Below, piece by piece: positions 28,724 through 36,425 of a DNA stretch of 64,000 bases (position 1 is its first letter; each line of letters starts with the position of its first letter). The stretch is from Candidatus Acidiferrales bacterium. GTDB lineage: Bacteria > Acidobacteriota > Terriglobia > Acidiferrales > UBA7541. The stretch is taken from contig JBEKDK010000004.1 of the NCBI GenBank assembly GCA_050014395.1, forward strand, positions 9,765-73,764, given 5' to 3'. Under the pieces are notes generated by a model. The model was given only the letters and a program-made list of their open reading frames with translations. It was not told the origin of the DNA and ran no database searches. Made by a program: the position numbers and the translations under genes.

Positions 28724-30742
28724 TCATCGATGCGGAGGCTTCTGCCCTTGCGAACCCTGACCGCCGCTCGGGTGGCCGCCGCCAGACTGGCCGCCGCTCG
28801 GCTGGCTGTGGCTCGGTTGGTTATTGGCGGGCGGCGGAGTGTTCTGGCTCCCGTGCACCTCTTGATGTTTATCCTGCCAGCCCTGCTGCTTCGCCGTATC
28901 ACTCTGTTGCTCTTGCGGAGTAGGCTGGCGCACCGGCGGCGCCGACCGGGCGGTCGGGCTGGGAGTCTGGGCACGCGGCGGCTCCGGCGGTGGCGCGGGC
29001 CGTTGCTCTGGCTGCGGCGCCGGGCGTTCCTCGGGCTGCGGCGCTGGGCGTTCCTCGGGCTGCGGCGCTGGGCGTTGCTCCGGCTGCGGCGCGGGCTGCT
29101 CAACATTTCCGCGCCCATTGTTCGGTTCGTTGCCGCGGCCTTCCCCATTTTGCGGCGGCGCCGATTGCATGCCGCCCTGCTGGCTCGGCGGCCGGTAACC
29201 CTGGCCGGGCTGGCCGCCGGTTGTCGCCGCTCCATTCGAGTGGAAAGTTTGCGGCTTCGCCGGCGCACGCACGGCCACAGTGGTTCGGCTCACCACGGTC
29301 GCCGGCGGGCGAGCCGTCGAGACGCGCGATTCGCCGATGACGCTGGCGTGCGTCGGCTCGGCCGCGGGCCCCGCGCGATTCACGGGCGCCGAAGCCAGAT
29401 CGCGCTCCGGCACGTTGACGACATTTCTTGAGACATCGCGGCCCCCCACGAATGTATCGTGCGCGACGACGGTGACCCCACCATTCACATGCTGATTGAC
29501 GTACGTAACGTTCCGCGCATTGTTGTGAAACACGTCGACCACCGTGTTGCGGTCCACCACCGTGTTCGTCACGTTGATGCGCGTCATGTATCCCATGCTG
29601 ACGTGATACGTCGGCATGAACACCTCACGCGGACCCAGCGGGAACCACGCGATCCCTCCGCCGCCACCGATTACAATCGAGAACGAAAACCCCGGCTCGC
29701 CGCCGACCCAACCGACCAGCGCCGGCGCGTACACCGGACGAACTCCAGCGGCATACGGACCCGGCACCCAGCCCCATCGCCCGCCGAAGACCGCCCAGCG
29801 GCCATAGTGAAACGGCGCAAATCCCCACGGCTCCGAATCCACCCACGTCCATCCCCACGGCGCGATCCAAACCCAGTGGCCGAAGCGATACGGCGCCCAA
29901 CCCACCGCCACGCTACTCGGGAACCACACCGTTCCGTAATCGGCTTCGGGTGCCCATGTGCCATTCGCATCAAACTCGTCGCTGCCGGTGGTTTCGGGTG
30001 ATAAGTATTGAGGCGCCGGGGCGCTGTTCTCCATCGCATCGCGCTGCGCTGACCACTGCTCGAAATCCGTTTGCGGCAGTGAATCCGCATCCTCGAGGCT
30101 GTAATCGAGCGTGTCCGTGCCGGTGAACGTCGCTTGCTGATCGGGAGTGATATTCCACGAGCGCCCGCCGCCGGTCACTTGCCCTGCGCCCGCGACCACG
30201 GTCACAACGGTGACGTCTTTATCGGGGTCGGCATCAATTTCATACGTGCCCGGCTGCATCAACGTTACCGCAAGATTCGGCGCGTCCACCTCAAACGCGT
30301 CGTTCGGATCGAGCTGCCGCAAGCGCACGATCACCGACCCAGCCGAAACCTGAAGCTGGATCACGTTGTCCGACAAATTCAAAAACGAAACGCCCGTGTT
30401 GTGACCGAGGCGCACGGAGGTCGAGCCCACTTCCATTTCCACCCAGCCGTCGGTATCGGACCACAGCTGATCGCCGGTGGTGAGCGGGCGATTGACTTCC
30501 GCCGCTACCCAATCGTTGTCGCCTCCGCCGGCCGGCTGAAATGACACCGAACCCTGCAGAAAATTTAGGTCGGCCACGCGGCCCGGCGGATCGTCAGCCG
30601 TTGCGCCGGTCCCGCTTTGCGCCGGGGCCGGCGGAGGCGCGCTCTGCGCCGCGGCCGTAATCGGCGCGCGCAGCAAAAAGGCGATGGCCGCCAGCGCCAA
30701 GGCCGCGAAAAAAAACTTGCGAGATTTCATCTGCATCTGCAT
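28724..30742 (-). CDS. secreted FecR-like / Trp-rich (DUF6600-like) protein with Pro-rich repeats, paralog 1
   Basis: Start at ATG 30742 (GGAGGA 8 nt upstream); signal peptide; same FecR-like and WGWxPxxYGRW architecture as 23400..25622. Confidence 0.75.
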   Translation of the reverse strand: MQMQMKSRKFFFAALALAAIAFLLRAPITAAAQSAPPPAPAQSGTGATADDPPGRVADLNFLQGSVSFQPAGGGDNDWVAAEVNRPLTTGDQLWSDTDGWVEMEVGSTSVRLGHNTGVSFLNLSDNVIQLQVSAGSVIVRLRQLDPNDAFEVDAPNLAVTLMQPGTYEIDADPDKDVTVVTVVAGAGQVTGGGRSWNITPDQQATFTGTDTLDYSLEDADSLPQTDFEQWSAQRDAMENSAPAPQYLSPETTGSDEFDANGTWAPEADYGTVWFPSSVAVGWAPYRFGHWVWIAPWGWTWVDSEPWGFAPFHYGRWAVFGGRWGWVPGPYAAGVRPVYAPALVGWVGGEPGFSFSIVIGGGGGIAWFPLGPREVFMPTYHVSMGYMTRINVTNTVVDRNTVVDVFHNNARNVTYVNQHVNGGVTVVAHDTFVGGRDVSRNVVNVPERDLASAPVNRAGPAAEPTHASVIGESRVSTARPPATVVSRTTVAVRAPAKPQTFHSNGAATTGGQPGQGYRPPSQQGGMQSAPPQNGEGRGNEPNNGRGNVEQPAPQPEQRPAPQPEERPAPQPEERPAPQPEQRPAPPPEPPRAQTPSPTARSAPPVRQPTPQEQQSDTAKQQGWQDKHQEVHGSQNTPPPANNQPSHSQPSGGQSGGGHPSGGQGSQGQKPPHR
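28997..29092 (-). repeat. four tandem 24-bp coding repeats (RPAPQPEE octapeptide)
   Basis: cgggcgttcctcgggctgcggcgc-type units repeated head to tail; translation QRPAPQPEERPAPQPEERPAPQPEQRPAP. Confidence 0.85.
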
Positions 30743-30845
30743 GTGCTCATTCCTCCGTCGCACTCCACGCCATTCCACACTGTGTAAAACACCGGCATCC
30801 TGTATTAGTTTCCCGCCGGGCAAAAAGGGATGTAAGGCCTTCGTT

Positions 30846-30917
30846 CGATTTCACTCGAACGGTCGTTCGATTCCACTTGAGCCGGGAGCGATTCTACTTG
30901 AATTGACGTTGAATTGA
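30846..30917 (-). promoter_or_regulatory. direct-repeat arrays in the promoter region of the paralog-1 / kinase / regulator operon
   Basis: CGATTTCACTCGAA (30846), CGATTCCACTTGAG (30868) and CGATTCTACTTGAA (30889) at a 21-22 bp period, then TTGAATTGA-cg-TTGAATTGA (30898-30917) at an 11-bp period. Confidence 0.4.
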
Positions 30918-30961
30918 TGCACGCTTCAACCGTTAGCGACACCCGCCGGCGCGTTATCGCC

Positions 30962-32302
30962 TCAGTGACGCGCCGCGGGCGCGCCTACGTAGCTGACGCG
31001 CCAAATTGAATTTGAGCCGTCGTCGCTGACGAACAGCGCGCCATCCTTCGCCACCGTAACGCCGACGGGGCGGCCCCACACGCCGCCTTGCGGTGTGACG
31101 AAGCCGGTCAGGAAATCTTCGTACTCGCCGGTGGCTTTCCCCGAGCTATCTACGGGCACGCGAATCACTTCGTAGCCGGTGCGCAGGTTACGGTTCCACG
31201 AGCCGTGCTCGGCGGCGAAAATATCGGCGTGATATTCCTTCGGATATTGAGCACCCTCGTAAAACGTCATCTCGAGAGAAGCGTTGTGCGGTTGGAGGAG
31301 CACGTCGGGGACGATCGCCTTGCTTCGCAGTTCGGGATGCTTGCCCGGAAAACGCGGATCGGGATTTCCGCCGGTGTAATACCACGGCCATCCGTAAAAT
31401 CCGCCGTCCTGCACATGCGTGATGTAGTCGGGCGGCAAATTGTCGCCCAATTCATCGCGCTCGTTCGTCGAGCACCATAGCTCGCCCGTCTCCGGCTGAA
31501 TCGCTTCGCCAACACAATTGCGAATGCCCCAGGCGTAGACGCGCTGACCGCTGCCGTCGGGATTGAACTCCAGGACATCGGCACGATTGGTTTCAATGGG
31601 GCTTGCATCCGTATCCGTGATGTTGGCGGCCGAACCCACGGAGACATACATTTTCTTTCCGTCCGCACTGAACACAACGTCGCGCGTCCAATGGCTCCCG
31701 CCATGCGGAAGCACCGGCACAATTGTTTCCGGCTTGCCCGTCGCCACCAAATCGCCGTTGTGGTACGCGAAGCGCACCACCGAATCCGTGTCGCCCACGT
31801 ACACATATTGCGGATCGGGGCCCGGCGGATAGAACGCGATTCCGAACGGCCGATTCAGGCCCTTCGCGAACACCGAGGTGCGCTGCGGCTTTCCTTCCGG
31901 CGTGACGCCGCGAAAGACCAGGATTCGGCCCGGAATATCATCCGACGCATTCACTGGGAAACTTTCCGCCACGAAAATATCGCCGTTGGGCGCCGTGCGG
32001 ATTTCGCGCGGATTGTCCAGGCCCGTCACGTAGAGCTGCACTTTGAAGCCCGGCAGCGCTTCCGGCATGGCGCCAGCCGGGCGCGGAATCAATTTCGGGG
32101 CATTTTGCGCGGTTTGCGTCGCAAAGGGCGCCGGCAAATCTTCCGGAGTGATCTTGCGAAACACGCCGGGATGTTCCGCTTCAAACGAATGAAACGCCGC
32201 GGCCCCAGTCACAACTTGCTGCGGCTTCGCGTCCTGTGAGCGCGCCGATATCCACGCAACGCACGCCAACGCCATAATCAAAATTCCCAATCGTTTAGAC
32301 AC
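30962..32302 (-). CDS. PQQ-dependent sugar (glucose/sorbosone) dehydrogenase family protein
   Basis: GTG start 32302 (GAGGAG upstream) gives a signal peptide; beta-propeller motifs incl. GGFYGWPWYY and HGSWNR. Confidence 0.75.
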   Translation of the reverse strand: MSKRLGILIMALACVAWISARSQDAKPQQVVTGAAAFHSFEAEHPGVFRKITPEDLPAPFATQTAQNAPKLIPRPAGAMPEALPGFKVQLYVTGLDNPREIRTAPNGDIFVAESFPVNASDDIPGRILVFRGVTPEGKPQRTSVFAKGLNRPFGIAFYPPGPDPQYVYVGDTDSVVRFAYHNGDLVATGKPETIVPVLPHGGSHWTRDVVFSADGKKMYVSVGSAANITDTDASPIETNRADVLEFNPDGSGQRVYAWGIRNCVGEAIQPETGELWCSTNERDELGDNLPPDYITHVQDGGFYGWPWYYTGGNPDPRFPGKHPELRSKAIVPDVLLQPHNASLEMTFYEGAQYPKEYHADIFAAEHGSWNRNLRTGYEVIRVPVDSSGKATGEYEDFLTGFVTPQGGVWGRPVGVTVAKDGALFVSDDGSNSIWRVSYVGAPAARH

Positions 32303-32518
32303 GGCGATATCTCCTCGGCCGGAAGCGCGCCCTTTCACGAATGCAGAATCGCGCGATGCGCGCCGCGAAATTTGCCGCCAAACGGAATCATACCACCGTC
32401 TCGGAAGCGAAAAAAAAACGGGAAGCTCGCGCCAAGTTGCGGGTGACCTAGGATCGAATGCGCAGACGTATGCGCCGCAACGGTACAACCGGGGCCATTT
32501 CATGCGAAACGAATCGGA

Positions 32519-33256
32519 TTATTCGCGCTGAGCCGCGGAACTGTGCACGGAAAGAAACGCCAGCGTCAGCGGCCAGGCTTCGGCTGCGGAAACTGCGTGG
32601 TATGCCGGCCGCGCGTCGCAGAAAAATCCGTGATCGGCGTCCGAGAATTCAACGTTCACGAAATTCTTGCCCGCTGCGCGCAGCGCGTCGGTGACGGAGC
32701 GGACCACATCCGGTCCGAGATGCTTGTCGCGTCCGCCCCAGATCAGCATCACGGGCGCGCGCAATTCGCTTGCGCGATCGAGCAGTCCGGGGCGCTGCGC
32801 GCTCGGCGCGATGCCGCCGCCATAGAACGAAACTGCGCAGGCGATCGGCAGCGTGAGCGCCGCGAGAAACGCCACCATTCCGCCCATGCAGAACCCTACG
32901 GCGGCGATCGGCGATTTGCCAACGCCGTTCGCGGTGAGCCAACCGTGCGACGCGCGAAGATCCGCTTCCAGTTGCGGATGGCGCAGAGCCTGCGTGTGCG
33001 GCATGGCGGACGGAAAATCGTCGTAGCGCCCCTCGAACCCTGGGCCGGTGCGATGAAACAACTCAGGCGCGATGGCCACGTAGCCTTCGCGCGCAAATCG
33101 CTCGGTGATGTCGCGAATGTGCGCGTTCACGCCGAACGCTTCCTGGCCGACGATCAGGCCCGGATGCGCGCCCGGTGTCGCGGGCCGCGCCGCGTACGCA
33201 CGCATCGTCGTGCCGTCGTCAGCGCTCAAATTCACGAATTCGCTGCGAATTTCCAT
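32519..33256 (-). CDS. dienelactone hydrolase family protein
   Basis: 245 aa; GxCxGG nucleophile region (GFCMGG), typical DLH length and layout. Confidence 0.8.
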   Translation of the reverse strand: MEIRSEFVNLSADDGTTMRAYAARPATPGAHPGLIVGQEAFGVNAHIRDITERFAREGYVAIAPELFHRTGPGFEGRYDDFPSAMPHTQALRHPQLEADLRASHGWLTANGVGKSPIAAVGFCMGGMVAFLAALTLPIACAVSFYGGGIAPSAQRPGLLDRASELRAPVMLIWGGRDKHLGPDVVRSVTDALRAAGKNFVNVEFSDADHGFFCDARPAYHAVSAAEAWPLTLAFLSVHSSAAQRE

Positions 33257-33333
33257 GAGTCCTTACCCCCTGCGCAACATCCAAATGATAGCACCGGCGC
33301 GCCTTGCGGTGTTCCGGCGCACCGTTTAAAACT

Positions 33334-33361
33334 TTGAGATATCCTGAGGATATGAGATACT
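33334..33361 (+). promoter_or_regulatory. candidate promoter (TTGAGA-16-GATACT) overlapping inverted repeat ATATCCTgAGGATAT
   Basis: TTGAGA 33334-33339, GATACT 33356-33361, ATG of the Cys-rich sORF 10 nt later; perfect 7-bp inverted repeat at 33339-33353. Alternative -10 choices exist. Confidence 0.3.
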
Positions 33362-33371
33362 TCCGTCGCTC

Positions 33372-33491
33372 ATGAACGATCAAATCCAGAAGACGGCTTG
33401 CTGCTGCGGCGTGGTGTGCTGCTGCATTATGTGTTGTTGTGCGCCATGTTGTTGTATGCCCGCGTCTTCTGGGGGGATCCTGACGAGCTAG
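33372..33491 (+). CDS. polycysteine leader sORF, 39 aa (MNDQIQKTACCCGVVCCCIMCCCAPCCCMPASSGGILTS)
   Basis: 12 Cys codons as four CCC triplets (6 TGC then 6 TGT); flanked by complementary 10-mers; terminator 30 nt downstream; precedes sat. Confidence 0.65.
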   Translation: MNDQIQKTACCCGVVCCCIMCCCAPCCCMPASSGGILTS

Positions 33492-33520
33492 AACTAAAAA
33501 TAGCTCAACCGTAGTCAGAG

Positions 33521-33563
33521 CCCACCGCCAGAAGACGACCTGGCAGGTGGGTTTTTTGTTTTT
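33521..33563 (+). terminator. attenuator terminator upstream of sat
   Basis: CCCACCGCCAG-aagacgac-CTGGCAGGTGGG followed by TTTTTTGTTTTT; 60 nt before the sat ATG. Confidence 0.75.
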
Positions 33564-33623
33564 AGGAAGCGAAAGGCAAGACCGACCACTCAAAAACGAG
33601 AGTCGACCCGGGAGAACCGCTAG

Positions 33624-34826
33624 ATGACCGCCGCCACCGAAACGAAAAATATCGCCGCGCACGGGGGCACGCTCGTCAATCGCGTCGTTCCGCCCAACGC
33701 CAGGGAAGAAATGCGGGCGCGCGCCGCCGCACTTCGCCCGGTGCGCATTGACGCTCGCGCCGCAAGCGAGCTGCTGCTGATCGCCACCGGCGGCTTCAGC
33801 CCGCTTGAAGGTTTCCAAACCAAGGCCGCGGCGCAATCTGTCGTCGACAAAATGTCGCTCCCCGACGGCATGCTTTGGCCGCTGCCGATTCTGCTGCAAC
33901 TCACGCCCGCCGAAGCTGGGGATGTGCGCGTGGGCGAGCGCGTCGTTCTTGTCCTCGATGGCGAGCCATTGGCCACGCTCGACGTGGAAGATCGTTTCAC
34001 CGTGCCGGCCGACGAATGGGCGCCGAAAATCTTCGGCACCAGCGACGCGAAGCATCCGGGCGCTGTGGCTCTGCGCAACGCGGGCGAGATCGCCCTCGGC
34101 GGAAAAATCGAATGGCTAGGTGAGCCGACGCTTCCGGGATTAGGTGAGCGATGGCGCACGCCCGCCGAAACGCGGGCCGAGATTAGAGCGCGCGGCTGGA
34201 ATACCGTGGCCGGCTTCCAGACGCGCAATCCCGTGCATCGCGCGCACGAACACGTGCTGCGCATCGCGCTCGAAGTGACCGACGGATTGCTGCTGCATCC
34301 GCTGGTCGGCGAAACGCGCGCCGAAGATATCCCCGCCGACATTCGCATGCGCTGTTACCAGGCGCTGCTCGACAATTACCTGCCGCAAAAGCACGTGCTC
34401 TTCACCGTGTTGCCGGCCTTCATGCGCTACGCCGGTCCGCGCGAAGCCATTTTTCACGCGCTAGTGCGCAAGAATTTTGGCTGCACGCATTTCCTTGTCG
34501 GGCGCGACCACGCCGGCGTCGGCGGCTACTACGGTCCATACGAGGCGCACGAATTGCTGCGATCGGTTGCTGATCGCGGCCTGGATATCCAGCCGATTTT
34601 CTTCGACGAAGTTTTTTACTGCAATCGATGCGGTTCGATGGCCAGCCGCAAAACCTGCGCGCATCCCGACGACGCCCATCTCAGCCTAAGCGGCACGGAA
34701 GTTCGCCGCCGCTTGCGCGAAGGCTTGCCTTTGCCGGTGGAATTCACGCGGCCCGAAGTCGCCGCAGTGCTTGCCGAAGCGTTCCGCGAACCTGCCGGCG
34801 CAATCCAGGAGACGCAACGTGGTTGA
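33624..34826 (+). CDS. sat: sulfate adenylyltransferase (ATP sulfurylase, homomeric type)
   Basis: QTRNPVHRAHEH and GRDHAG motifs; about 400 aa with no APS-kinase domain. Confidence 0.9.
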   Translation: MTAATETKNIAAHGGTLVNRVVPPNAREEMRARAAALRPVRIDARAASELLLIATGGFSPLEGFQTKAAAQSVVDKMSLPDGMLWPLPILLQLTPAEAGDVRVGERVVLVLDGEPLATLDVEDRFTVPADEWAPKIFGTSDAKHPGAVALRNAGEIALGGKIEWLGEPTLPGLGERWRTPAETRAEIRARGWNTVAGFQTRNPVHRAHEHVLRIALEVTDGLLLHPLVGETRAEDIPADIRMRCYQALLDNYLPQKHVLFTVLPAFMRYAGPREAIFHALVRKNFGCTHFLVGRDHAGVGGYYGPYEAHELLRSVADRGLDIQPIFFDEVFYCNRCGSMASRKTCAHPDDAHLSLSGTEVRRRLREGLPLPVEFTRPEVAAVLAEAFREPAGAIQETQRG

Positions 34827-35589
34827 AATTCTTCTCGGTGTCGTCGGCGGCATTTTGGTCGGCGCTACCGGTTCGGGATTCGGCACCGTGATCACGCCGG
34901 TCCTGCTGCTCTTGGGCTATCGCCCGGCTGTGGCGATCGGAACGACGCTCGGCGTGCTTGTAGCCACAAAATTTGTCGGCGCGGTGACGCACCATCAATT
35001 GGGTCACTGGCCGCGGCAACATGTCTGGCTGCTATTGGCCGGTGGCGTGGGCGGCGCGCTGGTGGCGGGCTACGCCGCGGCTACGTGGATGCCCGCACTT
35101 TCCGATGGAAATCGCTTGCTGGCGCGCCTGCTGGGGGCGGCCCTGCTCGGTCTGGCGGCGTTTATTTTCGGGCAGGAGCTTTGGACGAAATATGGGCGCG
35201 CACCGGTATTGGCAGACGAGATTCCGAAGGAGCGCGGCGGGCCAATGACGTTGTTTGCCGTCGGGATGGGCACGGGCGCAGCAGTGACGCTGACGGCGGC
35301 TGGCTCGGGCAGCGTTCTCGTTCCCGCGCTGGCCCTAGTGACGAATTGGAGCACGGCACAATTGGCCGCGGCCAGCAATTTGTTCGGCTGGGTGGTGGGC
35401 GCGATCGGAGTCCTATTGTTCTCCCACGCGGGAGCGTTCGAGTGGCCGCTGTTCGCAAAAGTTTTGGTCGGCACGCTGCCGGGAATCTATCTCGGCGCGA
35501 TCGCTTCGCGCTACATCAAGCGCGGCTGGTTGCTGCGAGGCGTGGGCGTGATCGCAGTGATTCTGGGCGTGCGCCTGATTTTCCGGTAA
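34819..35589 (+). CDS. TSUP (TauE/SafE) family membrane permease
   Basis: GTG 34819 (AGGAGA 6 nt upstream) overlaps the sat stop by 8 nt; two glycine-rich repeat halves (GGILVGATGSGFG / GTGAAVTLTAAGSG). Confidence 0.75.
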   Translation: MVEILLGVVGGILVGATGSGFGTVITPVLLLLGYRPAVAIGTTLGVLVATKFVGAVTHHQLGHWPRQHVWLLLAGGVGGALVAGYAAATWMPALSDGNRLLARLLGAALLGLAAFIFGQELWTKYGRAPVLADEIPKERGGPMTLFAVGMGTGAAVTLTAAGSGSVLVPALALVTNWSTAQLAAASNLFGWVVGAIGVLLFSHAGAFEWPLFAKVLVGTLPGIYLGAIASRYIKRGWLLRGVGVIAVILGVRLIFR

Positions 35590-35627
35590 ACTTTCCGATA
35601 GGCCCTCACAAAGGAGAAACAAAGCGA

Positions 35628-36338
35628 ATGGATACGCTTCAACAGGATTCACTGCGGCAAGAAGTGGCGGCGCAGCAGCAAGCGGCTGAGTCGTGGGACG
35701 CTGCTCAGCTAATCAAATGGGGGCTCGAGCGATTCGGCAAGAACCTTTCAATTGCATCGAGCTTCGGCGCCGAGGATGTTGTATTGGTGGAACTCGCCAA
35801 GCGCGCGGGAGTTCCCTACCGCGTCTTCACGCTCGACACCGATTTTCTTTTCCCCGAAACGTACACGCTGATCGACAGCACTGAAAGACTCTACGGCGTG
35901 CACGTCGAACGCACCCGCCCGGCGCTCACTCCTGAAGAGCAGGCCGCGAAGCATGGCGATGCGCTCTGGGGACGCGAGCCCAATCTGTGTTGCTCGATCC
36001 GCAAGGTTGAACCCCTGAAGAAAATGCTCTCCGGCCTGGACGCCTGGATCACCGGAATTCGCCGCGACCAGACCCCCCAACGCGCCAACGCCAAAAAGAT
36101 CGATTGGGACGCCGGCTTCGGCCTGGTGAAAATCAATCCGCTGGCCGATTGGACTTCCGATCGCGTCTGGGATTTCATTCGCGACAACAAAGTTCCTTAC
36201 AACGCGCTGCATGACAATCATTACCCGAGCATCGGCTGCACCTATTGCACGCGCCAGGTGATGCCCGGCGAAGATCCGCGCGCCGGCCGCTGGTCCGGAT
36301 TCACCAAGACCGAGTGCGGACTGCACGCAAAAGAGTAA
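35628..36338 (+). CDS. cysH: adenylylsulfate (APS) / PAPS reductase, Fe-S-type signature
   Basis: AAGGAG SD; C-terminal ECGLH motif; CC (CCSIRKVEPL) plus CxxC (GCTYCT) pairs typical of [4Fe-4S] APS reductases; no cysC in the operon. Confidence 0.85.
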   Translation: MDTLQQDSLRQEVAAQQQAAESWDAAQLIKWGLERFGKNLSIASSFGAEDVVLVELAKRAGVPYRVFTLDTDFLFPETYTLIDSTERLYGVHVERTRPALTPEEQAAKHGDALWGREPNLCCSIRKVEPLKKMLSGLDAWITGIRRDQTPQRANAKKIDWDAGFGLVKINPLADWTSDRVWDFIRDNKVPYNALHDNHYPSIGCTYCTRQVMPGEDPRAGRWSGFTKTECGLHAKE

Positions 36339-36362
36339 CTTTTCGCTCTCAAAAATATTCTC

Positions 36363-36415
36363 AAGCCCGAGGCGCGCGTCGCGTAGCATTGCGGCGCGCG
36401 CCTTGGGCTTTCATT
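36363..36415 (+). terminator. long GC hairpin after cysH (weak U tract)
   Basis: AAGCCCGAGGCGCGCG-13 nt-CGCGCGCCTTGGGCTT followed by TCATT. Confidence 0.45.
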
Positions 36416-36425
36416 ACGCCGCACG

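Noticed and set aside
28997-29092. Regularly spaced 24-bp repeats as a possible CRISPR-like array
   Set aside because: The repeats are contiguous without spacers, in frame, and encode an octapeptide repeat inside a long ORF.
33352-33375. 7-codon uORF MRYFRRS whose stop overlaps the ATG of the Cys-rich sORF (ATGA)
   Set aside because: It lies inside the candidate promoter / inverted-repeat region and has only a 1-nt SD spacing, so it is probably not translated. It is kept only as a note because coupling cannot be excluded.
33372-33491. Alternative reading of the Cys-rich sORFs as metallothionein-like or RiPP precursor peptides
   Set aside because: There are no adjacent maturation or export genes. 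The tight coupling to complementary 10-mers and terminators directly upstream of sulfur-assimilation genes fits an attenuator better. This reading is not formally excluded.
36363-36415. cysH-hemD hairpin as a possible ANTAR target
   Set aside because: No pair of hexaloop hairpins with the A1/G4 loop signature could be drawn by eye. It is retained only as a weak terminator call.
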